Counted from the stretch's first letter, positions 18,700-28,239 are shown. The stretch: DNA of 64,000 nucleotides from Acidobacteriota bacterium (GCA_963666215.2 CAXWPL010000005.1:544001-608000), one strand, 5' to 3'. A program made the numbers and translations. The notes: generated from the letters alone by a model not told the origin.

Positions 18700-19386
18700 T
18701 CAGTCTCCCGGTCCAATGGCGCGGGTCGTACTGGCGACCAGGTCGGCGAGCACGTCGACGCAGCACTGTGGGTCTTCACCCGGAGACAGGGGTGGGGACA
18801 CAGCAAGCTGGTTGAACTGGGTGTTGAGGACGTCTTCGATGAGGCTGAGGTGCCCGGTTACGAGCTGGCCCTGCCAGGCGCCGACAACGTTGCCGGCCGA
18901 GACGAGGATGGTGTGCGGCACGGTGTCGACGGCAAGAAGCGGCCCCTCGGTGTCGGGATCGACGAGGCTCCACAGAGGGAAGCGGATGTCGTGGCCGGCG
19001 TTGTAAGCGGCAGTGGCATCGACGGGGTCAAGCGACACGGCGACCCAGGAGAGATCTCGACTGGCCAGCCGTTGCGAGAGGTCGTTCCAGACCGGGAGGG
19101 TGGCCTCGCAGTACGGGCACCTCGTGGTCAAGAAGGCAACGCCGGCGCCGCCGCGGATGAGCTGCTGGAGGCTGGACTCGTTGCCCTCGAGGTCAACGAG
19201 GTGGACGTCCGGAAGACTGTCGCCGACCGCGAGATTCGCGCCGGCGGGCACGCTCTGCAGCTCAACGATCCGCGCCTTGAGCTCGCGGTTCTCGGCGGCG
19301 AGGTTCCAGATGACGAAGGCGGCGCCCAGCGCGGCAACGAGCATGACGGCGTCGGAAGTCCACGCTGGCAGCTTGAGCTTTGCCAT
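18700..19386 (-). CDS. Membrane-anchored thioredoxin-like (TlpA/ResA/AhpC-TSA) protein
   Basis: TM helix plus coiled coil, then VGDSLPD...DLEG, FLTTRCPYC, VAVSLD, VDTVPHTILV (cis-Pro loop); C-terminal QCC. Start ATG 19386. Confidence 0.85.
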   Translation of the reverse strand: MAKLKLPAWTSDAVMLVAALGAAFVIWNLAAENRELKARIVELQSVPAGANLAVGDSLPDVHLVDLEGNESSLQQLIRGGAGVAFLTTRCPYCEATLPVWNDLSQRLASRDLSWVAVSLDPVDATAAYNAGHDIRFPLWSLVDPDTEGPLLAVDTVPHTILVSAGNVVGAWQGQLVTGHLSLIEDVLNTQFNQLAVSPPLSPGEDPQCCVDVLADLVASTTRAIGPGD

Positions 19387-19692
19387 TTTGAGATGTTCGC
19401 CCCGGTTCTTGACTGATCCTCGAACCGGCCGTCTGTTCACAGCCGGGTGATACGGGCACGCCTCCCAGCGCGGTTGCGTATTTCTAACCGGAGTGAACAG
19501 CGGAAGTCAATGGGGGACGTGCGTGGTACTTGAGGACGCAGATTGACCATAATGCTAGGTACTGCTGTCCATGTGTATGTTGTGATATGTGATGACGACC
19601 TCAGATGGGCATCGAAAGATATGAAGAGGATGCGAAACAGATAATGCCCCACGACTTGACCCGAGAGCGGGATTTCGCGAGCATCCGTCTCT

Positions 19693-21072
19693 ATGGATAA
19701 CCAATTGAATAGCCGAGCTCGAAATAGTGTGCCTACCCTCGTGGTGGGCCTGGCGGCGGCAGTGCTCGCGATTGCTTGCGCATCGCCCGCCGATTCCCAA
19801 CGCGACGCGGCGACCGAGCCCGAACAGCGGCTGGAGTTGGTCGAGGTCGACGCCCCCGCCGGCGACGGCGCGCAATCCGCCAATCTGGCAACGGGTGCCG
19901 ACGGCGGTGTCTATCTGAGCTGGCTCGAGCCTTCCGGCGAGGCCGGTCACGCCTTGCGCTTCTCGAAGTTGGGCACGTCGGGCCCGGCAAGCTGGTCGCA
20001 GCCGCGGACCATCGTCGAGGCCGAGAGCTTCTTCGCCAACTGGGCCGATTTCCCGTCGCTCGTGGCGCTGGACGGTGGCGGGCTGGTGGCTCACTGGCCG
20101 CAGAAGAGCGGCGACGGAACCTACGCCTACGACGTCATGCTGGCGCGGTCGGAAGACGGCGGCGAAACATGGGGCGAGGCGAAGCCACCACACGACGACG
20201 GCACACAAACTGAACACGGCTTCGTGACGCTCCTGGCGGAGCCCGGCGGTGGCTTCACCGCCGCGTGGCTCGACGGTCGCAACACCGGCCCGCCCAGCGC
20301 CGGCGGTCATGGCGCGGGCGACGGCGGTCACGGCGACGGTGGCGACGGCGCCAGCACCGCGATGACCATCCGCGGCGCGAGCTTCGACGCCGCCGGCAAC
20401 CAGATTGCCCAGGCCGAGCTCGACGCTCGCATCTGCGACTGCTGTCAAACGTCAGGCGTGGCCGTCGCGGGTCGCGTCGTCGTCGCCTACCGCGACCGCA
20501 GCGAAGAGGAAGTGCGCGACATCTACTCCGTCACACGAGGCGAGGACGGGCAGTGGACCGAACCTGTGCTCGTGGGCCCTGACAACTGGCAGATTGCCGG
20601 CTGCCCGGTGAATGGGCCAGCGGTCAGCGCCCGGCACGACACCAACGCGGTTGCGGTTGCCTGGTTCGGCCTGCGGGACGGCACGCCGGAGGTCAAGCTG
20701 GCGATCAGCAACGACTTCGGCGCCACCTACAGCGACCCGGTGCTCATCGAGCGCGGCTCGGATGGATCGGCAACCCTCGGTCGGGTGGACGTTGAGTGGC
20801 TCGACAGGGCGGGATGGGTCGTCACCTGGATGACCGACGTGGGCTCAGGTGAGGGCGAAATCCGCTATCGAATCGTCGACGGCTCGCAGACCTCCGCGAA
20901 AATGGGGCCGACCGGTGTGCTTGCCACCACGGGCTCATCGAGATCGAGCGGATTCCCCCGACTCACCCGCGACGGTGACGGACTGGTGATGGTTTGGCGG
21001 CAAACACAGAACGAGGAACGGCTGCACACCGCGCGGCTGCGGCTCTCGGCCACGCCGGCCGCGACGAACTAG
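19693..21072 (+). CDS. BNR/Asp-box (sialidase-fold) lipoprotein with CDCC and GCPxxGP motifs
   Basis: Lipobox LAIA|C; Asp-boxes SEDGGETW and SNDFGATY; ANWADFPS, ICDCCQT, GCPVNGP; Gly/His-rich loop. Confidence 0.82.
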   Translation: MDNQLNSRARNSVPTLVVGLAAAVLAIACASPADSQRDAATEPEQRLELVEVDAPAGDGAQSANLATGADGGVYLSWLEPSGEAGHALRFSKLGTSGPASWSQPRTIVEAESFFANWADFPSLVALDGGGLVAHWPQKSGDGTYAYDVMLARSEDGGETWGEAKPPHDDGTQTEHGFVTLLAEPGGGFTAAWLDGRNTGPPSAGGHGAGDGGHGDGGDGASTAMTIRGASFDAAGNQIAQAELDARICDCCQTSGVAVAGRVVVAYRDRSEEEVRDIYSVTRGEDGQWTEPVLVGPDNWQIAGCPVNGPAVSARHDTNAVAVAWFGLRDGTPEVKLAISNDFGATYSDPVLIERGSDGSATLGRVDVEWLDRAGWVVTWMTDVGSGEGEIRYRIVDGSQTSAKMGPTGVLATTGSSRSSGFPRLTRDGDGLVMVWRQTQNEERLHTARLRLSATPAATN

Positions 21073-21073
21073 T

Positions 21074-22117
21074 TGTGAGTTCTAGGTAGGTTGTTCACGA
21101 ACTCACCCCTGAGAGCCGAGCGATCGGCGGTGTCATGCCGATGCCGGCGTGGGGACGGTGACGATTGTAGTGGTTGAGCCAGGGCCGTAGAGCTCGAGTA
21201 CGTCGAGCTGAGGTCTGGTAGCAGGTGCCGTAGGCCCACTGCTCCTTGAGTGTGCGGATGAAGCGTTCGGCTTTGCCGTTGGTTCTGGGGGTGTAGGGCC
21301 GGGTGTAAATGTGCCGGATCTCGAGTTGATGGCATAGGCGATTGAAGCGCTTCGAGACGTAGCCAGGCCCGTTGTCTGTCATCACTCGGCGCACCGCTAC
21401 TCCCATCGAAGCGAAGTGCTCGACGGCTCGCTGCAGGAACGCTGTGCAGGTGTGTTGGTCTTCGGCGGGCAGCACTTCGACGTACGCCACCCGAGAGTGA
21501 TCGTCGATAGCGACGTGGGCGTTCTCCCAGCCGACGCCGTAGGCCCGCTTGGAGCGGTCGCCGTGGATGCGGTGTCCAGGTCGCCGGATACGGGCCAGTT
21601 TCTTCGTATCCAGGTGCAGTAGGTCACCGGGGTGCTCGTACTCGTAGCGAACGATCTCGGGCTTGGGCTCGAGCGCATCAAGCTTGGCGAGTCCGAGCCG
21701 CTTCAGCCACGCCGAGACGGTCGAGCGCGGCACAGCCAACCTTCGGCTGATCTGCCAGGCCGTCAGTCGCCGCCGACGTAGCTTGTCGATCTGCCTCACA
21801 ACTCCAGCGCTTGTTGCGTGCGGACAGCACGTCGGCCGGCTTGATCGATCGAGCAGCCCGGCCTCACCTTCTCGCTCGTATCTATCCAGCCACTTGTAAA
21901 CCGTTCGAGCCGACACGCCGAGCGCCGCCGCCGTTTCCGTCACGGGCTCCGCCCGCTCCCGGACTCGGCGGACCATCTCTCGGCGTATATACGGCGTCGT
22001 GCGGGCGTTACCATGCAGCTGCATCGGGCGCTCCTTCTGAGGTCGTGGAGTCTTTTGAACAACCCCATTGATCTCAGAAGTGAGCCCCGATGTGAACAAC
22101 CTACTTAGAAAACACAC
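21074..22117 (-). mobile_element. IS481-family insertion sequence, copy 1 (1044 bp)
   Basis: Ends TGTGAGTTCTAGGTAGGTTGTTCAC...GTGAACAACCTACTTAGAAAACACA(C); flanked by a CTAGT direct repeat. Confidence 0.95.
21095..22024 (-). CDS. IS481-family DDE transposase
   Basis: HGNARTT N-terminus, HTH, LHLDTKK / VMTDNG / PRTNGKAERF catalytic motifs. ATG 22024 with AAGGAG RBS. Confidence 0.95.
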   Translation of the reverse strand: MQLHGNARTTPYIRREMVRRVRERAEPVTETAAALGVSARTVYKWLDRYEREGEAGLLDRSSRPTCCPHATSAGVVRQIDKLRRRRLTAWQISRRLAVPRSTVSAWLKRLGLAKLDALEPKPEIVRYEYEHPGDLLHLDTKKLARIRRPGHRIHGDRSKRAYGVGWENAHVAIDDHSRVAYVEVLPAEDQHTCTAFLQRAVEHFASMGVAVRRVMTDNGPGYVSKRFNRLCHQLEIRHIYTRPYTPRTNGKAERFIRTLKEQWAYGTCYQTSARRTRALRPWLNHYNRHRPHAGIGMTPPIARLSGVSS

Positions 22118-22182
22118 CTAGTCGGGCTCGATCGCGCTTTCCCCGAGGTGCGCGCAATGTCCCCGCACGCTAAGGAAAAGCG

Positions 22183-23391
22183 GTGAGCGGCACGGCTCTG
22201 CTGATTGGACTCGGCCACCTGGGTGGGCCGTGCCTGCAGTTGCTGGCACGCGAGCAGGGCCTTGGAGCTCCCCGGCGCGTCGTCGCTACGAGTCGACACC
22301 GGGAAACCGGCGAGGCGCGCTGTAATCTCGCGCGGCTCGGCGCCGTAAGCCGTGGCCCGGAGATTCTGTACGAGCCGCTTGATCTCGGCGCGGCATCAAC
22401 CGCCACCGACAACGGCGGCGGAGTTGCCAGGCTCGGTGAGCTGCTCGATCGATATCGACCCGACATCGTGCTTTCAACAGCATCGATGCAGACCTGGTGG
22501 CTCGCCGACCGCTTGCCGCCGAAAGCGGCCGCCGCTCTCCGGCGCGCGCGCTTCGGCGCTTGGCTGCCGCTTCACCTGAGCGTGCAACTACGAGTGATGC
22601 GGGCGCTCGACGAGCTGAGGGCAAGAGCCAGCGACAGTGAGGTGGCGCCCAGTGTCGTCGTTGCGTCGTTCCCGGACGTCGTTGGCCCCGTGCTGACGCG
22701 CCTTGGCGTCCCGCCCACCTGCGGCGTGGGCAATCTCGACGAGATCATCCCCAAGCTGCGTCTGCTCGCCGCCCCGTACCTCGGTCTGGCGCCGAATCGG
22801 GCCGCGGGAATCGACGTTCTGCTCGTGGCCCACCATGCTTTCGAGCCCGCTACCTTCGGAGCGCCCATGCCCGAGGTGCCGCCGCACTGGCTGCGTCTGC
22901 TGCTCGACGGCCGCGATGTCACCGACCGTGTACCTGTCGACGAGCTTCTCTTCGCGCCCTGTCCGCTGCCGCCGCAACCGGCGTCGGCCTGGCTCACGGC
23001 AGCGGCGGTAGTACGACTGACCCGAGCGCTGCTGACCGAACGCGATGACGGCGATGCGGTTGCGGAGACGCGACTGCACGTGCCGGCCCCGGCGGGACTG
23101 CCGGGCGGCTATCCAGTGCTGGTCTCGCGCGCCGGTGTGCGTTTGCGCGAGCTGCCGGGACTGAGCCGGTCGGAGGCGATCGCGATCAACGAGAGCTCGC
23201 ATCGATTCGACGGCATCGAGCAGATCGAGGACGACGGGTCGGTGCTGTTCTGCGAGGCCGACGCGGCGGCGCTGCGCGAAACCATCGGCTACGACTGCCC
23301 GCGGCTGCTGCCCAACGAGATTCATGACCGCGCCCATGAGCTCCAGCAGCGGTTTCGCGACTACGCCCGGGCGCACGGCGTCGACCTCTGA
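22183..23391 (+). CDS. NAD(P)-binding Rossmann-fold protein, unknown function
   Basis: LLIGLGHLGG nucleotide-binding loop; GLPGGYPV and DGIEQI motifs; first gene of a 4-gene operon. Confidence 0.65.
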   Translation: MSGTALLIGLGHLGGPCLQLLAREQGLGAPRRVVATSRHRETGEARCNLARLGAVSRGPEILYEPLDLGAASTATDNGGGVARLGELLDRYRPDIVLSTASMQTWWLADRLPPKAAAALRRARFGAWLPLHLSVQLRVMRALDELRARASDSEVAPSVVVASFPDVVGPVLTRLGVPPTCGVGNLDEIIPKLRLLAAPYLGLAPNRAAGIDVLLVAHHAFEPATFGAPMPEVPPHWLRLLLDGRDVTDRVPVDELLFAPCPLPPQPASAWLTAAAVVRLTRALLTERDDGDAVAETRLHVPAPAGLPGGYPVLVSRAGVRLRELPGLSRSEAIAINESSHRFDGIEQIEDDGSVLFCEADAAALRETIGYDCPRLLPNEIHDRAHELQQRFRDYARAHGVDL

Positions 23392-23441
23392 TCTTCGTCG
23401 GGTAGCCGTCCAGCTCGCCGCGCATCGTTGCGTACGTAACA

Positions 23442-24242
23442 ATGGCTCGCATGAACGGACTCGAAGGCAAGCGCGTGCTCGTAACCGGCGGCGCCAGCGG
23501 CATCGGCGCAGCCACCGCGCTGCGGTTCCTCGTGGAAGGGGCGTGCGTGACGATCCTCGACCGCGACCCCGACACGGCGGCCGCGCTGTGCACCGGGTGT
23601 CCCGACCTCATGCCCCCGGTCATCGCCGATGTCCGCGACCGCGGACAAGTGGCGGCGGCCATCGACGACGCCGCCCGCGCCATGGGCGGGCTCGACATAC
23701 TCATCAACAACGCCGGGATCAGCGTGCGGCACGGCTTCCTCGACATCACGCCCGAGGAGTGGGACCGGGTGGTTGGCGTCAATCTGACCGGCGCCTTTCA
23801 CGTGGCGCAGCTCGGGGCGATAAAAATGCTCGCCGAGCACGCGACGGCGGACCACGCGACATCGACATCGCCCGCGTCGACGAAGGTCATCCTCAACACG
23901 GCGTCGACCAACGGGATCATGGGGTATCCCCAGTACGCCGACTACAACGCCGCGAAGGCCGGGCTCATCGAGCTCACCCGCTCGATGGCGCTCGAGCTGG
24001 CCCCACAGATCCGCGTCAACGCGGTTGCGCCCGGCTACGTGCTGACGCCCATGCAACGCTCGGAGTACACCGACGAGATGCTTGCCGAAGTCAACCGCAA
24101 GCTGCCGCTCGGCCGGCACGCCGAGCCCGAAGAAGTGGCGGGGCTCTTCGCCTTCCTCGCCTCTAGTGATGCCGCCTACATGACGGGCCACGTCTACCCG
24201 ATCGACGGCGGCGAGATCGCCGGCGGACTGGCGAGCCGATGA
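23442..24242 (+). CDS. Short-chain dehydrogenase/reductase
   Basis: TGGASGIG, NNAG, YNAAK, VNAVAPG, IDGG. Confidence 0.93.
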   Translation: MARMNGLEGKRVLVTGGASGIGAATALRFLVEGACVTILDRDPDTAAALCTGCPDLMPPVIADVRDRGQVAAAIDDAARAMGGLDILINNAGISVRHGFLDITPEEWDRVVGVNLTGAFHVAQLGAIKMLAEHATADHATSTSPASTKVILNTASTNGIMGYPQYADYNAAKAGLIELTRSMALELAPQIRVNAVAPGYVLTPMQRSEYTDEMLAEVNRKLPLGRHAEPEEVAGLFAFLASSDAAYMTGHVYPIDGGEIAGGLASR

Positions 24243-25627
24243 GTGAGCGGCAAGCCCCGACGGCGCCGGCTGCGCCTGTAGACCGCGACACAGAAAACGC
24301 TTTCGATTTCGATACCGACGGATCGCGACGCCTCTTCGAGCGCGCCTCGCAGGTGCTGATCGAGGGTGGCAGCTCACCTTCTCGTGGCCCGGCCAACTAC
24401 GGCGACTACCCACCCTTTATCGATCACGGCTCGGGCGCCCGGATCGTCGACATTGACGGCAACGAGTACATCGATTGGATGCTGTCGTACGGCGCCTTGC
24501 CGCTGGGGCACGCCCACCCGGCGGTTACCTCGGCAATCGAGGAGGCGGCCCGCACCGGCACACACTTCGCCGCCGCCTCGGAGGTGGAGGTCGACGTCGC
24601 CGAGGCCATCCAGGCCATGGTCCCGGGCGCCGAGCGCGTACGTTTCGCCAACACCGGCACCGAAGCCACCATGGCGGCCATCCGTCTGGCGCGCGGCTAT
24701 ACCGGCAAGCCGAAGTTCATCAAGTTCGAGGGCCACTACCACGGCTGGTACGACAACTTCCTGGCCAACGCCCATCCGCACCCGCCCGCGTCGCTGGGCC
24801 ACCGCAACAACCCGATCAAGATCGCCGACAGCTCCGGGCTGACGCGCGGCGCGCTCGACGACACGATCGTTGTTCCGTGGAACGACATCGCCGCGGTGGC
24901 GCGCGCGGTTGATACCTACCGAGGGCAGATCGCGGCCGTCATCACCGAGGGGGTAATGGCCAACATGGGGGTCATCCCACCAGCGGAGGGTTATCTGAAG
25001 AGCCTGCGCGAGCTCACGCGTGCGGAGGACATTCTGCTGATTCTCGACGAAACCGTCACCGGCTTCCGGGTGGCGCCCGGAGGCTGCCAGGAGCGGTTCG
25101 GTGTCGACGCCGACATCATCACGTTTGGTAAGGGGCTCGGCGCCGGCCTGCCGGTAGCCGCCTTCGCCGGCAGCGCCGAGATCATGGGCGCGCTCGAGTG
25201 GGGCGGCGTGCTGCACTACGGCACCCAGAATGCCTCACGCATCGGGATGTTTGCGGCGCGAGCGAATCTTCACGAGCTGCGGCGAGACAACGGCGCCGTG
25301 TTCGCACACAACGAGCGCGTCGCCGATTTTCTGTGTTCCGGCCTGCGGGCACTGTTCGCGGAGACTGGCACCCCGGCAATCGTGCAAGGCGTTGGCCCGA
25401 TGCTGCAGATTCTGTTCACCGAGGAGGCGGCGATTTCCGACTACAGGGCCTTCTGCGCCCACGTCGATCGGCCACGCTACCAACGCTTCGCGCTGGCGCT
25501 CTTGCGCCGCGGTATCTACATGACACCCGCCGCAGCGCTGCACACGGTGGCCTGCGCGGCCCACACCGAGGCCGACGTCGAGACGACGATCGAGGCCATG
25601 CGGGCCGTGCTTTCCGACAACGGGTAA
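24239..25627 (+). CDS. Class III PLP aminotransferase (GSA-aminomutase-like)
   Basis: DIDGNEYID, NTGTEAT, FEGHYHG, LILDETVTGFR, TFGKGLG. LHYGTQN in place of the HemL YQAGT suggests it is not HemL. Confidence 0.88.
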   Translation: MSERQAPTAPAAPVDRDTENAFDFDTDGSRRLFERASQVLIEGGSSPSRGPANYGDYPPFIDHGSGARIVDIDGNEYIDWMLSYGALPLGHAHPAVTSAIEEAARTGTHFAAASEVEVDVAEAIQAMVPGAERVRFANTGTEATMAAIRLARGYTGKPKFIKFEGHYHGWYDNFLANAHPHPPASLGHRNNPIKIADSSGLTRGALDDTIVVPWNDIAAVARAVDTYRGQIAAVITEGVMANMGVIPPAEGYLKSLRELTRAEDILLILDETVTGFRVAPGGCQERFGVDADIITFGKGLGAGLPVAAFAGSAEIMGALEWGGVLHYGTQNASRIGMFAARANLHELRRDNGAVFAHNERVADFLCSGLRALFAETGTPAIVQGVGPMLQILFTEEAAISDYRAFCAHVDRPRYQRFALALLRRGIYMTPAAALHTVACAAHTEADVETTIEAMRAVLSDNG

Positions 25628-26484
25628 TGGCTGATTCGTTGGACACCAGCGGGCGTCTGAGCGGCCGCACAGCCATCGTCACCGGTGCCGCCTCCGGTAT
25701 TGGCCGCGCCACCGCCGAGCTCTTTGGCCGTGAGGGTTCCCGGGTCGTTGCGGTGGACATCGACCGCGACGGCGCCGAGTCCGCGGCGGCCGCTATTCAA
25801 GCCGCTGGTGGCGAGGCCATCGCGGTGCACGCCGATCTCACCAGCGCCCGCGCCTGCGCGTCGGTCGTCGACTCCGCAACGGGCTCTTTCAAAAGACTCC
25901 ACGTGCTGTGCAACATCGCCGGCGTGGTGTACCGCGCCACCGTGCCGAACACGACCGAGCAGGATTGGGACCGCGTGATGGACGTCAACGTGAAGGCGGT
26001 CTACCTGATGTGCCGCGCAGCGATTCCTGTCATGCACGAAGTCCTGCATGGGCTCGGCAGCGACGACGCAGGCAGCGCCAGCATCGTTAACGCCGGGTCG
26101 GGCTGGGGACTCGTGGGAGGCTCGAGAGCCGCGGTGTACTGCGCATCGAAAGGCGCGGTCGTGCAGCTCGCCAGGGCGATGGCGATCGACCATGGCTCGA
26201 GCCGAGAGCAGGTTGAGGGCGCCGGCGACTCGAGCCAAGCGCGAAGGCCCATTCGGGTGAACTGCGTCTGCCCCGGCGACACCGACACGCCGCTTCTACA
26301 CGACGAGGCCAGGCAGCTCGGAGCGCCCACGTCGGAGTTCTTTGCCGAGGCCGGCGACAGGCCGCTCGGGCGCGTGGGAAGCGCGGAAGAGATTGCCCGC
26401 GCGTTCCTCTACCTGGCCAGCGACGAGTCATCGTTCGTCACTGGCACGACGCTGGTGGTAGATGGCGGCGGGCTGGCCAGCTAG
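25627..26484 (+). CDS. Short-chain dehydrogenase/reductase
   Basis: ATG 25627 overlaps the upstream TAA. TGAASGIG, YCASK, VNCVCPG, VDGG. Confidence 0.92.
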   Translation: MADSLDTSGRLSGRTAIVTGAASGIGRATAELFGREGSRVVAVDIDRDGAESAAAAIQAAGGEAIAVHADLTSARACASVVDSATGSFKRLHVLCNIAGVVYRATVPNTTEQDWDRVMDVNVKAVYLMCRAAIPVMHEVLHGLGSDDAGSASIVNAGSGWGLVGGSRAAVYCASKGAVVQLARAMAIDHGSSREQVEGAGDSSQARRPIRVNCVCPGDTDTPLLHDEARQLGAPTSEFFAEAGDRPLGRVGSAEEIARAFLYLASDESSFVTGTTLVVDGGGLAS

Positions 26485-26539
26485 CCAACCCGCCGCATCT
26501 CGACAATCTACAGAATGGACTCCAGCGAACCGCCCGGGC

Positions 26540-27616
26540 CTATTTGGCCGTGTAGTTCGAGCCCCAGAATACGGCCACGAAATCGGTGTACTCGTTGCTC
26601 GTGCGATCGGTGCTGCGCGCCGGGGTGCTGGCGGCCATGTAAATCATCTCGCCCGTCTTCGGTCGATACGAGGTGTACGGAGAAACACCGATGTGAGTGC
26701 CCATGTTGCCGGCGTTGACATCCTTGCAGGCCTGTCCGGGGCGATACCAGGAGTAGGCGGCGGCTATCCACTTGCCGTCGGACGACTTGAAGACGATCCA
26801 GTGGTTGCCTTCCGACACCGCTCCGAAGATCTCCTTACCCCGCCAGATGTTGTGCTTGTCGTGGTCGATGCAGGTCTGGCTGCCACCGGTGTTGACGCTA
26901 AGGATCCTCCCGGTCTGCCTCCAGCTCGTCATGTTGGCGTGCAGCCATCGATCGATCTGCCTCACGTCGAAGCCCGTGTCCTCGCCGACGATCATCACGA
27001 GGAGGAAGTTGTCGCGGACTTTCCGAGTCGCTGTGGTCCCGCCCTTCGACTCGGCGACGAGCTGGAACTCCTTGATGATTTGCGAGTCGGAGTTCTGGCG
27101 CGACGTCAGCTCGATCCAGAAGTAGATCCGGTTGGACTCGACGCTGTTGGTGCCGGATACGGCGGCGGGGTAACCGGGGCGCTTCCGCGTCTTGCCCGTG
27201 ATCAACTTGCCGCGGTGAAGAACACCCTCCTCGAGGGTGGCGGTGAAGACCTTGACCAGAAATCGCTCCAGGCCACCGTCGAGCTCGAGGCGAATCCGGA
27301 TGGTGTCGTCGAGACGGCCGCGATTGATGACCTCGGCGCCGAAGATCGTCTTCTCCTTGTGGTCGACCTCGGCTTCGGCAACCTGCTTGACGACGTTGTT
27401 CTTCTCAATGACGTTGTTGCCGCGCAGCTGACCCAGAATTCCCGCAATCGCCACGCCTCCGGCGTTGGTCTCGACAATTTCCCCAACCGGCGCCACCTTG
27501 ATGTCGGGTTTGTAGGCGGGCGTCGAGGCATCGGCCTGCGGCAAGATGCCGGTGTGCATCAGCAGAGCGGCAACAGCAAAGAAGGCAAACAGGGTAATCG
27601 AGAATGAACGACGCAA
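26540..27616 (-). CDS. Secreted hypothetical protein
   Basis: Signal peptide (..ADA|ST), beta-rich N-domain and a Trp-rich C-domain with 2 Cys; coding-like codon usage. Confidence 0.7.
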   Translation of the reverse strand: MRRSFSITLFAFFAVAALLMHTGILPQADASTPAYKPDIKVAPVGEIVETNAGGVAIAGILGQLRGNNVIEKNNVVKQVAEAEVDHKEKTIFGAEVINRGRLDDTIRIRLELDGGLERFLVKVFTATLEEGVLHRGKLITGKTRKRPGYPAAVSGTNSVESNRIYFWIELTSRQNSDSQIIKEFQLVAESKGGTTATRKVRDNFLLVMIVGEDTGFDVRQIDRWLHANMTSWRQTGRILSVNTGGSQTCIDHDKHNIWRGKEIFGAVSEGNHWIVFKSSDGKWIAAAYSWYRPGQACKDVNAGNMGTHIGVSPYTSYRPKTGEMIYMAASTPARSTDRTSNEYTDFVAVFWGSNYTAK

Positions 27617-27826
27617 GGGCGAATCTCCCGCGAGAGGTTGGCGTACGTAGGGACGGCGGAGGACGTCAAGGAACAGCCAGAGCGTAGCATGCCTGCGCAG
27701 GAGGCGCTTTTGCTATGCAACCGGGGTGCCAAGACATGGCCAGTCCCGGCAGGCAGCGCCGAGCATGACGATATGATGGCGTCCTTCGCCGCGAAACGGT
27801 CACCGTCCAGGAAAAGGAGGCGAGCC

Positions 27827-28117
27827 ATGTCCGACGATAGTCTGCCTCGCCTGAAGATCGACGCCATCGAGGGCACTCTCGAGCTCGAATACCCCTGCCG
27901 GTGGCTGTTCAAGGTCATCGGCCCGACCGCCGAAGGGGTGCGTGGCGCCGTCCTCGAGACCATCCACGGCACCGATACCACGCTCGAGGAGTCGAACCGA
28001 AGCTCCGGTGGGCGCTACGTGTCGTTCAACGTCGAGGTCACGGCAACCGACGAAGCACACCGGACGGGTATGTACGAGGCGCTGAGGTCGCACCCGGACG
28101 TCCGCATGGTGCTCTGA
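27827..28117 (+). CDS. DUF493 (YbeD/HP0495-like) protein
   Basis: LEYPCRWLFKVIG, SSGGRYVS, HPDVRMVL. AGGAGG RBS before ATG 27827. Confidence 0.9.
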   Translation: MSDDSLPRLKIDAIEGTLELEYPCRWLFKVIGPTAEGVRGAVLETIHGTDTTLEESNRSSGGRYVSFNVEVTATDEAHRTGMYEALRSHPDVRMVL

Positions 28118-28199
28118 GTCGTCTAGATCCTGTGGATCCTGTACGGTCCCGCCGGATCGCCGCGTCGTGCGGATCCGCTGAGTTCTCTGTTTCCCTGAT

Positions 28200-28239
28200 C
28201 CTCTAGCCCTCTAGCCCTCTAGCCCTCTAGGCTTCTAGG
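28200..28239. repeat. Five tandem 8-bp CTAG-containing repeats
   Basis: CCTCTAGC x3, CCTCTAGG, CTTCTAGG. Confidence 0.9.

Noticed and set aside
24239-25627. hemL assignment
   Set aside because: The C-terminal motif diverges and the context is SDR genes rather than tetrapyrrole genes.
28200-28239. CRISPR array
   Set aside because: 8-bp units without spacers and no cas genes. The 14-bp repeat at 48331 fails for the same reasons.
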